NCBI GenBank assembly: GCA_010405405.1
Contig: MU004237.1
Coordinates: 224,191 to 288,190, forward strand
Reading direction: 5' to 3'
DNA length: 64,000 nucleotides
DNA from: Microthyrium microscopicum
Lineage: Eukaryota
In this document: positions 24,262-37,039 of the stretch, in pieces
Position numbering within the stretch: position 1 is the first letter of the stretch
Layout: each line of letters opens with the position of its first letter
Notes under the pieces: model-generated
Told to the model about the DNA's origin: nothing
What the model saw: the letters and a program-made list of their open reading frames with translations, nothing else
Database searches by the model: none
Position numbers and translations under genes: made by a program

Positions 24262-25524
24262 ATGTACCAACAACCACCACCACCATATGCCTATCCCCCA
24301 GGCGGATATGGCTACCCTCAACCACCACCAAACTATCGGTTCTCATCTGCGACTCCATCGCCGCGCGGATCCGCCCAGAAAACTCGACACTCACGATCCA
24401 CCAGCCAGCAGGTTCCTCCTGGCTATGCCTACTCTCCACGAGGTGGCCCTCAGTTTGCGGATCCACGTTATTCAACCTACTCCTCGCCCTTGCGTGGTCC
24501 TGAATTTGTAAGTGATTTCGATTACTATGGGCAGTCTCGGTACCGAGTACCTTCGTACGATCGGCCGCGCAGTAGCAAGCAGTCTCGCGAAAACGCGCGT
24601 TTCCGTGAGCACCAGCGCTTCGGCTCTTTCTATCCCTCGTTTACTCCCGACGATGTCTTCGGCGATGACTACTACGGTGGCACGCCGCCACCTCCCTACG
24701 AAGACCATCACAAGTTCGCGGCCGCTGATTACAGTTATTACTACTATCAGAACCGCGAACGCGCAAATCAAACCGCATTTCAGCCTCAACGAGATGGCCC
24801 TACCCCGATGCCCATGCCCAAAGCGAATCAATCACGCCCACGAAGGGCTTCGACGGCCGCCGGTCAGCGACCACCGCAAGAACGACCACAAACGACGCCG
24901 CCCAAACCTAAAGCTCAGCCGCAGAAGCGCAAGGCTACCGAAGAAGATCGACTCCGCTGCGGCATTCCAGCCGGTTATTCGCTAAAGAACTGGGACCCTA
25001 CAGAAGAGCCAATCATGGTGCTGGGCAGTGTCTTCGATGCCAACTCACTCGGTAAATGGATCTACGACTGGGCATGCTACGCCTATGGCACCGACAAGCC
25101 ACTTACCGACATGGCTGCTGAACTTTGGCTTCTCCTCATCCACCTTGCCGGCAAGTACAAGAGAGCCGACGAAGTCATTGACCGTGTTCGCGTCGACTCC
25201 AAGCGCGAAATGGTTGAAGACTTTCTCGAAAGCGGCGAGCGTCTCTGGGTTCGCTTCCGCAAACTCCTCAAGGTCTGCGAAGACTACATGTGGAAGGCAG
25301 CCCAACGCGAAACTGGTGAAAAGAAGCCCGCCAACATGGGAGCAAAGAGCGGTGTCGCCTTTGTCAAATGCCTCTTTGGACGCGACTGCGAACTCGACAA
25401 GACAGAAAAGCTCATGGCCAACATTCGCCTCTTCAGCATTCGATTCGAGGTCAACATTGAGCCCATCATCCGCAGTCCCGAGGCCGAAGAGTCTGAAGTC
25501 GGCGAAAGTGACGATGAAGCCTAG
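24262..25524 (+). CDS. Conserved Pezizomycotina protein, Pro/Tyr-rich N-half and conserved helical C-domain (often auto-annotated 'vegetative cell wall protein gp1'); function unknown
   Basis: 420-aa ORF with biased codons; IPAGYSLKNWDPTEEPIMVLGSVFDANSLGKWIYDW block. Confidence 0.8.
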   Translation: MYQQPPPPYAYPPGGYGYPQPPPNYRFSSATPSPRGSAQKTRHSRSTSQQVPPGYAYSPRGGPQFADPRYSTYSSPLRGPEFVSDFDYYGQSRYRVPSYDRPRSSKQSRENARFREHQRFGSFYPSFTPDDVFGDDYYGGTPPPPYEDHHKFAAADYSYYYYQNRERANQTAFQPQRDGPTPMPMPKANQSRPRRASTAAGQRPPQERPQTTPPKPKAQPQKRKATEEDRLRCGIPAGYSLKNWDPTEEPIMVLGSVFDANSLGKWIYDWACYAYGTDKPLTDMAAELWLLLIHLAGKYKRADEVIDRVRVDSKREMVEDFLESGERLWVRFRKLLKVCEDYMWKAAQRETGEKKPANMGAKSGVAFVKCLFGRDCELDKTEKLMANIRLFSIRFEVNIEPIIRSPEAEESEVGESDDEA

Positions 25525-27881
25525 ACGTACGCGTCGCAGAATGGTTTGCCACTTCCTTGCTTCGATCATCTCCAGGCACCACCATATAAACGAAAAAAGA
25601 AACAAAATGTCACCCTTTTCGAGTCATCAAAATCCATCCTATCCTCCCAACCTCCCGCTCCGGATTTCCCGGATGCGTATCTACTCCGCCCAATCCCGGC
25701 TCGAGCTCATCAATCCTCTCCAATAGAGCCCAAGTGCTCTCTGTAATCATCTATTATTGGCTCTGCAATTTTTCATTGCTCTGCTTTCATCTTTCTATGC
25801 AAGATACCCGCATCGCGGCTTGAGTCCTTAAAGGACAAGCAAAACTTGTACGATAATCTATGGACGAAGTCTGTGTTATGACACCACACCCTCGCGGGTG
25901 AAGAGTTGTCTGGAACGTTTTTCTCTTTCGCTTTTGCTATTATGGGGGTCTATCGGGGGCTTGTTATTGTTTTTTTGCACCATTTTTTTCTCGGGTCACC
26001 CAGCATCATGTTCCTTTGGTTCAGGCAAAAGGCAAAAAGTTGTTTGATCTTTGAGATATCCCCATCTGTTTTTATCTGCTTTTTACATCGTTACGCTCGG
26101 AAATTTGTGTTTTTTGGATCTCCCGTTTGATCTCGCGAGATATTTAGTTATGCGAGTAACATTCTTGTTGTTTGCGCTTGCTTCCCTGTTCACTTCTATA
26201 GACGGAATTTTTTAGGTACGGATCGCTGTCTACGGACGCGCCTTAGTTTACATGTTGCTTTATCATATAAAATCACTCAGTTTACCTCACTTATCGCTTC
26301 GTTCTTGGTGATACATCTCCTAGTTTCCATACTGGAATCATTGTTTTGATCTTAGCAAGTCCGGTAGTGAATTTCGCCGACTTGCATAACCTAGCTATTC
26401 CAATTGGCTTGCATCAGATCATGCATCATGATCGCTCTCCAAACGCGTTCGTTGAAACGACTAGGCCACTCAATTCCATCGCGCGTTTCATATCCATCGC
26501 TAACGTTCTGCATCGCGTAAAAGACAGTCGCGGTGCCTTGATTAGACGCATGACTCGCCTGTGCGTTTGCGCAATCGTCATGATTCGTTGCGGCTAATGC
26601 CGACAACCTTTTTATGTACCATTGCAGCAGAAGAAATGGATACGATTTCTCCTCACAACTTCCACACGATTGGCTTTTTCACGACACATTATTCATTGAA
26701 TATCTGGTTTACAGATTCTGTTGGCAGAAGCGACAAGGCTTTCCTGAACAACTCCACAGAACTAGTATGCGCTACGTCTATCGCTGCTAAAACTATACTG
26801 TGTAGTGTACCACCAGCATGCGGTAGTCCTCCGCTCGCCCTGTCGGCACATTGGCTGGTTCAACTTAAACTGGCTCCCGAGCGGAGTGATTGCTAGGTGT
26901 CACTTGGGCCGCGCTACATTGTAGAAGAGACCATGGAGACGTGAAGGTTGGTTTTAGCAGCACACATGCATCTTGCTTTTTACACAAGGCAAGAAACGCA
27001 AAAAAAGATGGTTTGCGCAGCGTTGGGTTCCCACACAAAAGACGCAAATCATGGGCCGTTTGTTGATGCGAACATGCTTCTTTTTTTTCCTTCGCGAACT
27101 GGCGCTACTTGGCTAGATGCATGTTCGTTTGCCATTGGTGTTCAACGTCATGTGCGTGATCATCTGGCTTGATTCTTGGTTGGGCGGAAAGCAACATCCG
27201 ATCGATTGCTCTGCATTTCAGTGTGATGTCTTGAACGTTGTGATAAGTAGAGCCAGTCGTCCCCTCGATGTGACGATGGGGTTGGCAGAAGCAGAAGTTG
27301 GGGGGTAGAATGGAATGTAGTAATGGGCTCGCTCAAGCGCTTCCAGCTTTGCGCTCATTGGAAGATGCCCACGCGAGAATTGATGCTGGTTTGGTTGGGA
27401 TGCGGGACGAACTTGTCGTAGTGGTGTGAAGCGGGGATCGGCTTCAGCCTTGTCTCCGCTCGGAGAGGTTGGGTTTGGTAGCTTACGAGAAAGGCTGCCA
27501 ATGCGTTGGCGGAACTAGTTTTAGAGAGTCCTAAGGATTCTCTATGTTGGAGGTTGCAAAGATATCGGTTGTACCTTGGAGTTAGCCTACTGGGAATTGT
27601 TGGATAGCCCCCATAACTGCTAAGCCTTCATAACATCGCAAGTACATTTTACTGGTACTCCGAGCGGATCCGGATTCGTTCTTTAAGGATTCAATGTTGG
27701 TCGCAGTGCTCAACTATAACGAGTTCTATTTTTAGCTACAATCCAACAAGATGCTCACTATCTTAAGTACTATATTGATGCTTATTATTAGCTTACAAGG
27801 CACTCCGCCTTCCTTTGAATCTTATACACATTTCCTCCCCATGCTTTAATCCATCTTCAGACCCTATCGGAGCACTTGCGG

Positions 27882-28859
27882 TCAATATTTCAGTGTAACT
27901 TCAACTATTTTTGCCGGCTCAACAATCGTCCCGTTGACAGGCGCCTTCAAACCCCCAGTAGTAGTAACATACAGAGTCTTATATGAGCGGTCAGACGGGT
28001 CAAACTGAATGGCTGTACTTCCGGCAAGTGCCAGTGACGAATTGCTGCCTGCCACAACTTTCACTTCCCCATTCTCGTTGACAGTAACAATTGTGTTGTT
28101 CACATTCGTCGCGATATAAGGTTGGCCCCATGGTGTCAGGATGAAATCGTCTTGAAAGAAACCTTTAGCAAGAATTTCGACTGGTCCAGTGGCTGATACG
28201 TTCTTGTCAACAGGTATACGACAGAACAGCTGTTGGGTTGACGATGTGTAGTACACGTAGTTTTTCCAGACTTTGACACCATTGATGCCGGGTGGTGTCT
28301 TTCCGTTTGGCAGCATTGTCGCATCTGAAAGAGCAATCGAATATTCTCCAGTGGAAATATCCACCTTCCATATGACTCCCTTGATTGTGTCCACGAATAG
28401 CAAAGTATCATCGTCAAAGGTTGTTGCTCCGTTTGGGAAGACTGCATCTGATATCTTGGCAAGTGTTGATATTGTAGGTGGACCGCCTTTGCTGGTGTCA
28501 ACTTTCCAGATGAGGAATGATCCAGGAGTGACAGATCCCGCACTAAGGTCAACATTACCGCTGATTACGGCGAATATATCCTGGCTGATTTCAGTAATTC
28601 CTAGGCTGGAATCCGTGCCGGTGAAGTTGAAAATGTTCTGCCCAGTACCTTCTTTGGGATTGATTCTCCAAAGTTCTCCGGCATCAGCTCTTGTGGCAAG
28701 AATCAAGCCGTTTTGTTGAATAGCTAGGTTTTCGAACCAGGTTCCATTTTGGGATAGTTGAAAAATAGTGCGACTCGCAGCTTGTCGATAAGGGGATGTT
28801 GGCGATGCGGTGACAGGTAATGCAATAAACCATGCAATTGAAATGATGGAAAATTTCAT
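27882..28859 (-). CDS. Secreted six-bladed beta-propeller protein (SMP-30/gluconolactonase-like)
   Basis: Signal MKFSIISIAWFIALPVTA; motifs WFENLAI, FPNG, GINGVKV, QDDF, LYVTTTGG. Confidence 0.8.
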   Translation of the reverse strand: MKFSIISIAWFIALPVTASPTSPYRQAASRTIFQLSQNGTWFENLAIQQNGLILATRADAGELWRINPKEGTGQNIFNFTGTDSSLGITEISQDIFAVISGNVDLSAGSVTPGSFLIWKVDTSKGGPPTISTLAKISDAVFPNGATTFDDDTLLFVDTIKGVIWKVDISTGEYSIALSDATMLPNGKTPPGINGVKVWKNYVYYTSSTQQLFCRIPVDKNVSATGPVEILAKGFFQDDFILTPWGQPYIATNVNNTIVTVNENGEVKVVAGSNSSLALAGSTAIQFDPSDRSYKTLYVTTTGGLKAPVNGTIVEPAKIVEVTLKY

Positions 28860-29634
28860 ATTGACTTCTTTGCTGACGGAGATATCTTGCATACCATCAT
28901 CGTTCTTATATTGTACGGCTTAACAGAGTCCCTTCTAAAAACAGGCCTGGCCAACCAGCATTCACAGGCATCTTGTGTCAGCTTACAGATGATCGGTCGA
29001 TCCTTGTAAGAAGCCACAAGTCTATCGACCTGGATAATGATTGGATTTGAGCAGATGTTATTGTCCAGTTTGTTTGACCGATTCTCCAATTGGTCATTCA
29101 GTGTCAACATAAAGGTGTGTCACGCAATTAACAATGTTTACATTGATATACGTTAGAGCATTCTGAACATTCGACTTGAAAACTAAATCTGAGAATGTGA
29201 TCAACTGAGATATTTGCATACTTGTGATTAAATCGTGAACTGATTTATACTAAGGACCTCATCTATCAATGTTCTGGGTCTTCGGCACATGCATGGACAA
29301 TGTTCCCATTTCAACATTTAAATTTATACCTGTCATATCATCTTGCTGCCAAATTTCATAAACGAATTTCTTTCAGAAGTGCAATGAAAGAAATATACTC
29401 ATTTTGAACAAATCATACTAACAGCTTTCCCTCTGTTTGTTCTAGCCACTTATCATCTTCAAGCCGGAGCCGACTTCATAGGCGGTCAAGGGCAGTACCC
29501 AATCAGGCTGAATATCAAGTCTGCATTTACCGCGACTCAGCCACGTAAACCGGTGGGGTCCAACATCTTGCTACTTTCTACCTCCGTTCAGGATTAGGTT
29601 GTGAACTTGCCCCTTCCCCCTGATAAGTGACGAG

Positions 29635-31676
29635 ATGGAGCAATCCTTGCTAGACCAGCTCTTCGAGCATGCCTCCCCATTAGAAACGACGTCTACGAAA
29701 CAAGCCTTACAGATAAGAGACGAATCTGGGCAAGGAAAGGGGGACATATTCGGGGAATTTACCAAGGCGTATACATTCGAATGGGCAGCTACTGTATGAG
29801 AGCAATTACAATTCAAGAGATGTTGTACCTAATGCCGTCAGCAACGCCACACTGGCCTTCACGTTCAAGATGGTACCGCAACAAAGCACTGTATGCAAAG
29901 TGAAGAGCAAGTCGCTGCATGGCTAATGAAGGATACTCTGAAACCTTCACCGCAGGGTGAAGTAAGTTGCCATGCTCATGAAGAATAAATGGCTGATACT
30001 ATCAACAGACACACCAATGGAATTTGAGGATAATGTAGGTATGCTGTGTTGCCAGAGGACATCCTAAGTTACAGTTGAACTAAATGTTGATCTCCAGAGC
30101 ATTTGAGGCACTCAAACCAGTGGGAGCAATGGATAGGCATCTTTTCGTGCCCTTGCCGTTGTCTCGTAAACTTTTTCTTCAAATTAGCGTGCATTTCGAG
30201 CTCTCCGCCGCATATTTGGGTGCTCTTACATCCCGTAATGTCGAGTTTTCCAGAGCTTTTGATTATAGGAATACAACTACTGAAAACTCAGGCAAGCTTA
30301 GTGAGTTGATTACTCACACTGTTGAAAACGGCGCCTACTAATCCAGTGTCCTAGAATATGTTTTTAAGCAAGACTGGTCCTCGAGTCCGAAAGTTTCTGT
30401 GGCACTAACCTATGATCCTAAAACAAGACAATCCGTAGCTGTGGTATTCGGACTCTATGAATACTATATCGACAGACTGTTCAGTACAGTTGAAGAATCG
30501 AGGAGTCTGTTACTTGCTCCAATGATTGTGCCGATAGTCGCTCTAGAACATCAGACACAAAGATACGAAAAAACTAGTGCTCATATTCGACGCACACTGA
30601 ATGAAGCAGAAAGAGCAACAGGTATGCGATTCTTTGCGAATCCTTCTTGGTTGGAAAATGGGGTAACCGACAACATACTTTACGAGCCCGAGGAGATAGC
30701 CGATTGGAGAGATGCTGACTTGATCAAAATGAGTCAAACAGTCAATACGATTGCTTCATACGTTGCTTTTGATGAAAACCAGCTAAAGAGAACGGCGTCA
30801 ATTCTGGACTTCATAGAGCAGGAAACCGCAGAGCTACGAGATAAATGCTTCGAAAATCAAGAAGACGATCTTGTATTTATGCACAACGCTATGTTATCAA
30901 AGCTCCGTCAATTACGAGCATACAGAAGTGGCATTCTGGGTCAATATCCCTATCTTGCCAAGCGAATAGGAGCACATACACAGACGGTCAGTGATTATAT
31001 TTTCAGCACAAGGAACATGCTCACACTCCCACCAGTTACTGAACTTGTTTACTTTGAAAGATAACGAGGCTATGAAAACTATGGCAGAGCTTAGTCGGCA
31101 AGACAACATTGCAATACTGAAGTTATCAGAAACATCAACACAGATTGCGGAGGACTCAAGGGCGATCGCATCAGCTACAGCTCGAGATAGTTCTTCAATG
31201 AGGGTGATAGCTAATGTCACTATTCTGTTTCTACCGGCCACGTTCATTGCAGTAAGTTATTCATGTCTAAAGAACTTCTGTCTATCATTTCATTACATGT
31301 GTGAGAACTCAGACTAACTCTCTTTAAGACGTTTTTTAGCATGTCTTTCTTCAACTTTCAGCATCCAAATGGTCCCAAGACTGTCGCAACAGAGATATGG
31401 ATATATGTGGTCTGCGCTGTGGCGTTGACACTACTGATCCAGGCGCTCTGGGTTTACATGTCACGAAAATTAGAACTGCGTATTTCAAAGATGCAGAATC
31501 AGGAGGAAGTTGCAGAGCAGATGCTTCTAAGCGCCAAAGTGAACTCTCGGCTGACTCAATACACCTCCAGAGTCAAATCCCTGACTAGAGTCAGATCTGA
31601 ACGAGCTCAACCCACCGATAGAGCTTCTCATGACCTAGCAAAGACTACCTTCCGGCCTAACAGTTTGAACGAATAA
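29635..31676 (+). CDS. Multi-exon fungal protein with a CorA-like C-terminal two-TM module; 5' exons approximate
   Basis: ATARDSSSMRVIANVTILFLPATFIA|..FFSMSFFNF..IWIYVVCAVALT; several GT-AG introns join the partial ORFs 30084, 30399, 30991 and 31341. Confidence 0.7.
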
Positions 31677-32638
31677 TACATATATCTAGGCTTTGAGCGC
31701 TCCCACAATTGAACCCCCAGTGAACCTATTGCGCTCATGTTCCATTGCCACAACCACTGCGGCTTCAATGCCCCAATGGATATTACCCATCATCATGTGC
31801 CCACCAAGACATTATCCACCGCCATTTCATTCAAACACAATGTCTAAGACAGCACTTTCCCCTCCCCTCACCAGCTATCTTCTGTAGCACTCTCAAACAC
31901 CCCAACCACACTAACATCATCCATCTTACACATCCACAGACCCCTACCAGCCTACTCAACCACCCCCTCGCTTCCAACCACGCCCCTCGCCAATCGCACG
32001 CGGGCTCCCTGTCAGACACTACTACCAGTGCCGGAATGGCCGCATGCCGTTTGTCACCCCATATATCAATGTACCCAGGGGTTCCTGGAGCCTCGCACTG
32101 TGAGCAAGCTATGAGTGGTCAGACAGGGGTATTTGACAGCTGTCAAACCTGTCAAACGGGCCAACGGCGACGGGGGTAAGGGTGCGCAGGGCTGATGGAA
32201 TCATTGTCTGACCGAGCATGGCCGAATAAGCGGGGTGTATGAGGGGATGACTTGACAGGGGGGCGAAGATGTGCTTGGATGTTTGAAGACGGACTGGGGG
32301 TGATATGGAGGGTGGAGCGGGGTGGAGCCATGGATGGGGATGGGACGATTGGGAGTATATATGGACGGTTAGTAGAGAGATATTTGTCAGTGATGTTGAG
32401 TGTGTGGTGGCGGTGGTGCTGAATAGGCGAGAAGTGTTGGCTTCTAGATGTAATGAGGCTTTGAGCATGATGTAGATCTATGATGGAATTGAAGAAGCTT
32501 TAGTACGCATAACAGTCGTGAGATCATAGAACTATAGGATTTGATGTCTAGAGCGACATAAGGTGAGATATAAAGGCGCGATCTCTAAACCATATTTTCC
32601 AACCATCACCCCAGCATGGTCATTCTCCTGGATCTCTG

Positions 32639-34544
32639 CTAGAAGAATCCGCCTTGCGCCGCACCGGCACCGAAACTCGAAGCCCGATCCCTCTTCTTTA
32701 ACGACTCCGACCCTTCTGCAGTTGTACTTTCCCGTCTAGAAGCCGGGTGGTTCGGCGTCGCCACATCGAATGGCTTGCGTCTTCTCACTAATTGGTATCC
32801 ACGATCCAGTTCTACCTCAATAGCACACCTCACCTTCAGCGCACCGACTGCTGGCCATACACTACGCTCGCCGCGCCGAATCCAATGCTCTATGCCAGCC
32901 GCTGTCGGATTCTCCAACAGCCGCAAGAAGTCGCGTGGGCCTATCTCCGGCACTAGTAACAAGCTTGCACCTGGCACACTCTCGTCAAGTAGAAAGCGGC
33001 GCACTGCCGCGGGCACCAAGCCAAGTGCGTCGAGTTGCGTGAGGCGGTGTTGGACTTCGAGGATGACGAGTCGAACGAGTGGGAGGGAGAGTTTCCAGCG
33101 GCGCTCGTGGCGTGGGTCTGCGTGGTGAAAGTCGGACCGCAGGAAGGGCGCGATATAAGGCCGCGCTTGAGAGACAATAAAGTGATTGACGTTGAAGAGC
33201 TCGCCAATACGGGCGAGGGGTGAGTCGTGATCAGTGTAGTGCGCGGAGGACCAATGACGAAAGGTGGCGTCTTCGGAGTTTGGCCAGGGCATAATGGTAC
33301 CAAACTCGTCTTTGCACTTGAGTTGGAAGGGGGAGTATATAGAAGAGGAGGTGTTGGAAGCGAGCGCGGCGGACCAGATTAGCTGAGAAGAGGTTAGATG
33401 GGTTCTGCAAGAGAAATTGGGGATTACATACGACATTGGGGGCCGTGAGATAGTTGAGAAGATTGGGGACTCCTCCGCTTGCGGTGGCAACAGTAATGTT
33501 GAGGACTCTTTTTGTCTTCATGTATGCTTCTTCAAAGGTCATGTCGCCGACATTGGCTCGAACACATTCTTCGAGGACCGACGTATCTAACAGATGACCA
33601 TCCTTGAATAGTCTCTTGAGTCTTCTAACTGTCGTAGCGAGCCAATGATGGTCTTCAAACTCATATCTAGTGACTTTGCCACCGGATACTGGTTTCTTGG
33701 ATCGTTCATTGAATGCCGAGAGATCTATTCCTTCAGCAGATAGAATGCCCAACAGCTCCTCTTCGGTATGTACGCCTACCAGCGCTGCAATCAATGCGCC
33801 AGTCGCAGTACCGGATATGATGCGAGGCAACAAGCCTCGCAGATGTAGTGCTTTCACAACGCCAATATGGCACAATCCAAAGATCGAGCCGCCTTGAAGC
33901 ACTAACGCTGACCTCCCAAAGGCCTGGCGAGTATCATGTAATACATCCATTTTGGATTGATGCGTCAAGCCGCTTTGGAAGTCAGCACCGGCTGGATATG
34001 CTGTAACATATTCCACTGCCAGGGCGACTTGCGTAACGTAGTCCTCGATGAGAAGTTTCGTACCGGCATAGGCTCGACTGAAAAGCTTGGGCTGGGTGAT
34101 GTTGCCGAGATTTCTCACCAAGCCAGAACGGAGAAGACTAACGAGGCCAAGGATGTCATCTTCCTCTCTCGCCTCGATGATTGCCTGAAGACGTTCGTAA
34201 ATCAGGCGATAATCGTAATGCTTACTTGTCGGGTTTTGTCGCCTGTCGCCTATCAGCTCCCTGCGATATGCAAGACGAAACTACTAACCATAGATCATAT
34301 CCGAGGACTTCATCGAGTTGAAAAGCTGCAGCCTCCCATTCTTCAAACAAGTTGGCCTGCCCAAGGCTCTCAACAAGCACGTCTTTGCTCGACTTGCTTC
34401 TCACCCATTTGAAAAGACGCTGGCGAACCGTTAGCTTAAAGCGGATGACGCGACGCATCTCATAAACCAACTCACCAGCCACCAGAACGTGCATACTTCG
34501 AAGATAATGGAACCGACCGAATTAAACACCGTGACAATAAGCAT
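32639..34544 (-). CDS. Patatin-like triacylglycerol lipase homologue (Tgl3/4/5 family, DUF3336 plus patatin), multi-exon
   Basis: EEWEAAAFQLDEVLG; HDTRQAFGRSALVLQGGSIFGLCHIGVVKAL; LLNYLTAPNV; ELFNVNHFIVSQARPY. Confidence 0.88.
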
Positions 34545-35317
34545 GACAGTGTGTTTATACGCGGAGCTCAGATGACAGCGCGGAGTTCATGGCTTGCTCG
34601 GCAACTAATGCAGGTCTATTCGACCAGAGGATAGGATAGGCGCTGTAGGATGGAGGCCAAAGATCGTTCCAACAATTCAGGCAGTTATGTGGCAATAGTC
34701 AATCGAAGTAGGGATAAAGTCTAATAATGTAGGATGGTTCTTGTGTACTAATAGAGTAGTTGTAGAGTAGGACGAAGTGTGGTGGCATGATGTTGACATT
34801 CTTAGGTGCACGATCCGATCTTAACATGGAAGATCCACATGAGGCTCTTCCTGGCCACTTTCACATGTCAATAACAGTATATCAAAAGCATGTGCTTTCT
34901 TACTATTAATAACGATAACGAAAAGCCATGGACTTGCATTCTCTCCAGTTCATTATTTTCGATGATTTTACAGACAGTTTCCAAGAAAAGTCTAGGAACA
35001 TTGGTGCGATTCACTAGTAGCTTTGAGCGCGGATGCCATATGATAATCATGCACTGTATTGTATGCGCAGGTAAATATGTAAATGCTTGCACAAAGCGAT
35101 GCAATTTGAACTCGAGAACTCGCCCAGTCATGCTTTAAATGCCCACGTCCTTCTGATCAACCATAATTGTCGCCAATCAACAGGACAAGCGAAGCTTTGC
35201 AATAAGAAAGGCAACACCCCAGCGCCATGCAGAATGATAAGTCATAAACAGACCACAGATTTTCATCCTATACCCCACCGGCTGACCACTTTCCTGCAAC
35301 CTATACATGATCCGCGT

Positions 35318-37039
35318 CTAAAGCTGGATACCATACTTTCTAGCTATAGTATCACGCAGTACACTTGCGGTTTTGAACGCGTCTGGTGCCTGAGCAGGTA
35401 GTGAAATAACCGCGGTCCGCATCGCAGTCATGGCCGCTTGGCCATAGAATTTGACAAATTGGTTGGCGTACCACTCCAACAGTCCCTTGATAGCCACGGC
35501 GTGGGTCTTGGTCAGCTGGTTTGCCGGAACGTTGGTGATGCAAGAAATGCTTTGCCAATAATGCCAGGCAGGAATAGCACTCTTTTGTGTCTTGTCCTGG
35601 AGCTTGGAATAGTCTCGTAAGGTAGTGGATGCCCAGCCCATGGCCATTGCGTGCGCTTTGTCAAAGTGATCTTGTTCGCTAGTGCCCCGCCAGCCCAGAC
35701 GTAGACGGCCTTCTCTAGTATTCTCTGGACCAAAGACGCCGAATAGAGGAGGGCAGGAGTGATGAAATTTGGCAATGACAATGTCGGCGAAGGAGTTTCC
35801 TTGAACTCGGTAGCCGTTGAAGGATACCATCCAGGAGATGATGACACCGTAATAGTCGACTGCATTGTAATGAGTTTGCGTAGATGCGGCGACCATTTGC
35901 TTGATAGCGGATTTAACCAGATGGTTGAGGAGAAAGACAAAAACACCAGAGACTTGCGTATTCTGCCCGGCTTGCCAGGGGTTCTGTGGATTAATGACAA
36001 ACTCTCGTGCATCGAGACCAACTTCTGTGATGTTCCACGCAGTTTGAAAAACACCCATTATTTTCTCGCGCTATCGACATATTAGTAATGAATCCATGGG
36101 TGCGAGAGAAACGTTCGATCGGATGCTTACAATGGACTTGTTTTTCTTGCCGTCATTAGTAGTCTGACCAAGAAGCTTGTTTACCTCCCGACGCATATCT
36201 GACATATTGGCAACTTGTGAGCCCGGGACCTTCTTAGCGTCCTTCAAAGCTTCACCCATATGCTTTCGCATTGCCTTTAGCTTCTGATGAAGCGCCAGGT
36301 ATTGGTCGTGTACGTTCGTCAACTGTTCCCACGGCGTGAGAGGAGTGCTACTCAACGTTGCCGATGTGGGTGCTAGTTTCTTCGCGGCAGCAGCAACTGG
36401 CTGCTGGATTGCTGGTGCTACCACGGGAGGTGGTTTGATTGGTATAGCCGCCTGTTGGCGACGGTTCGCCTCTTCCAGTTCGCGATGTTGTGTGGCCTCT
36501 CGTTGTCGCTGTTCCTGTTCAACTGAAAAGCGAGTCTGTTCCCTCCGAGTACGCTCCTCAGCTTCTGCAGTAGCTCGATCTGCGTCGAGCTTCGCCTTCG
36601 CCTCGCGTTCAAGTTGCAGAGCACGTTCAACCTGAGCTTGACGTTGTCTCGCTTCTAGCTCTGCTTGATCACGTCGTGCCTGCTCCAACGCTTCTTCTTC
36701 TTGTTGCTGCCGTCTAATGCTCTCGTTGGTGATTTGTAATTGAAGAGTTTCGCGCGCTCTCTCAGCACTTCTAAGCACAGCAGCATGCTTCTCTTTGGCT
36801 TCATCAAGGGCTTTACGGTGGGAAGCAGCGAGTATCTTGTCTTGTTCATCGAGGCGTTCTTTGAACTTGCGGTCGGATTCTATCTGCCAGCGACAGAGAT
36901 CTTCCATCAATTGGCGTGAGGGGCTGTCAAGGGAGGAACGCCTATTAGGTGAGCGCCGACTAGGAGAGCTTCGATATGAGCCTCGACGCGAGTTGCGGAA
37001 CGGCGTGTTACGGCTAGCCACCGGCGACGATGACACCAT
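35318..37039 (-). CDS. GLE1: mRNA export factor Gle1 (one intron, about 36128-36072)
   Basis: Long coiled coil followed by the GLE1 domain: DIVIAKFHHSCPPLFGVFGPENTREGRLRLGWR; MGWASTTLRDYSK. Confidence 0.85.

Noticed and set aside
25028..25726. Overlapping 232-aa and antisense 186-aa ORFs
   Set aside because: Shadow frames of the codon-biased 24262-25524 gene
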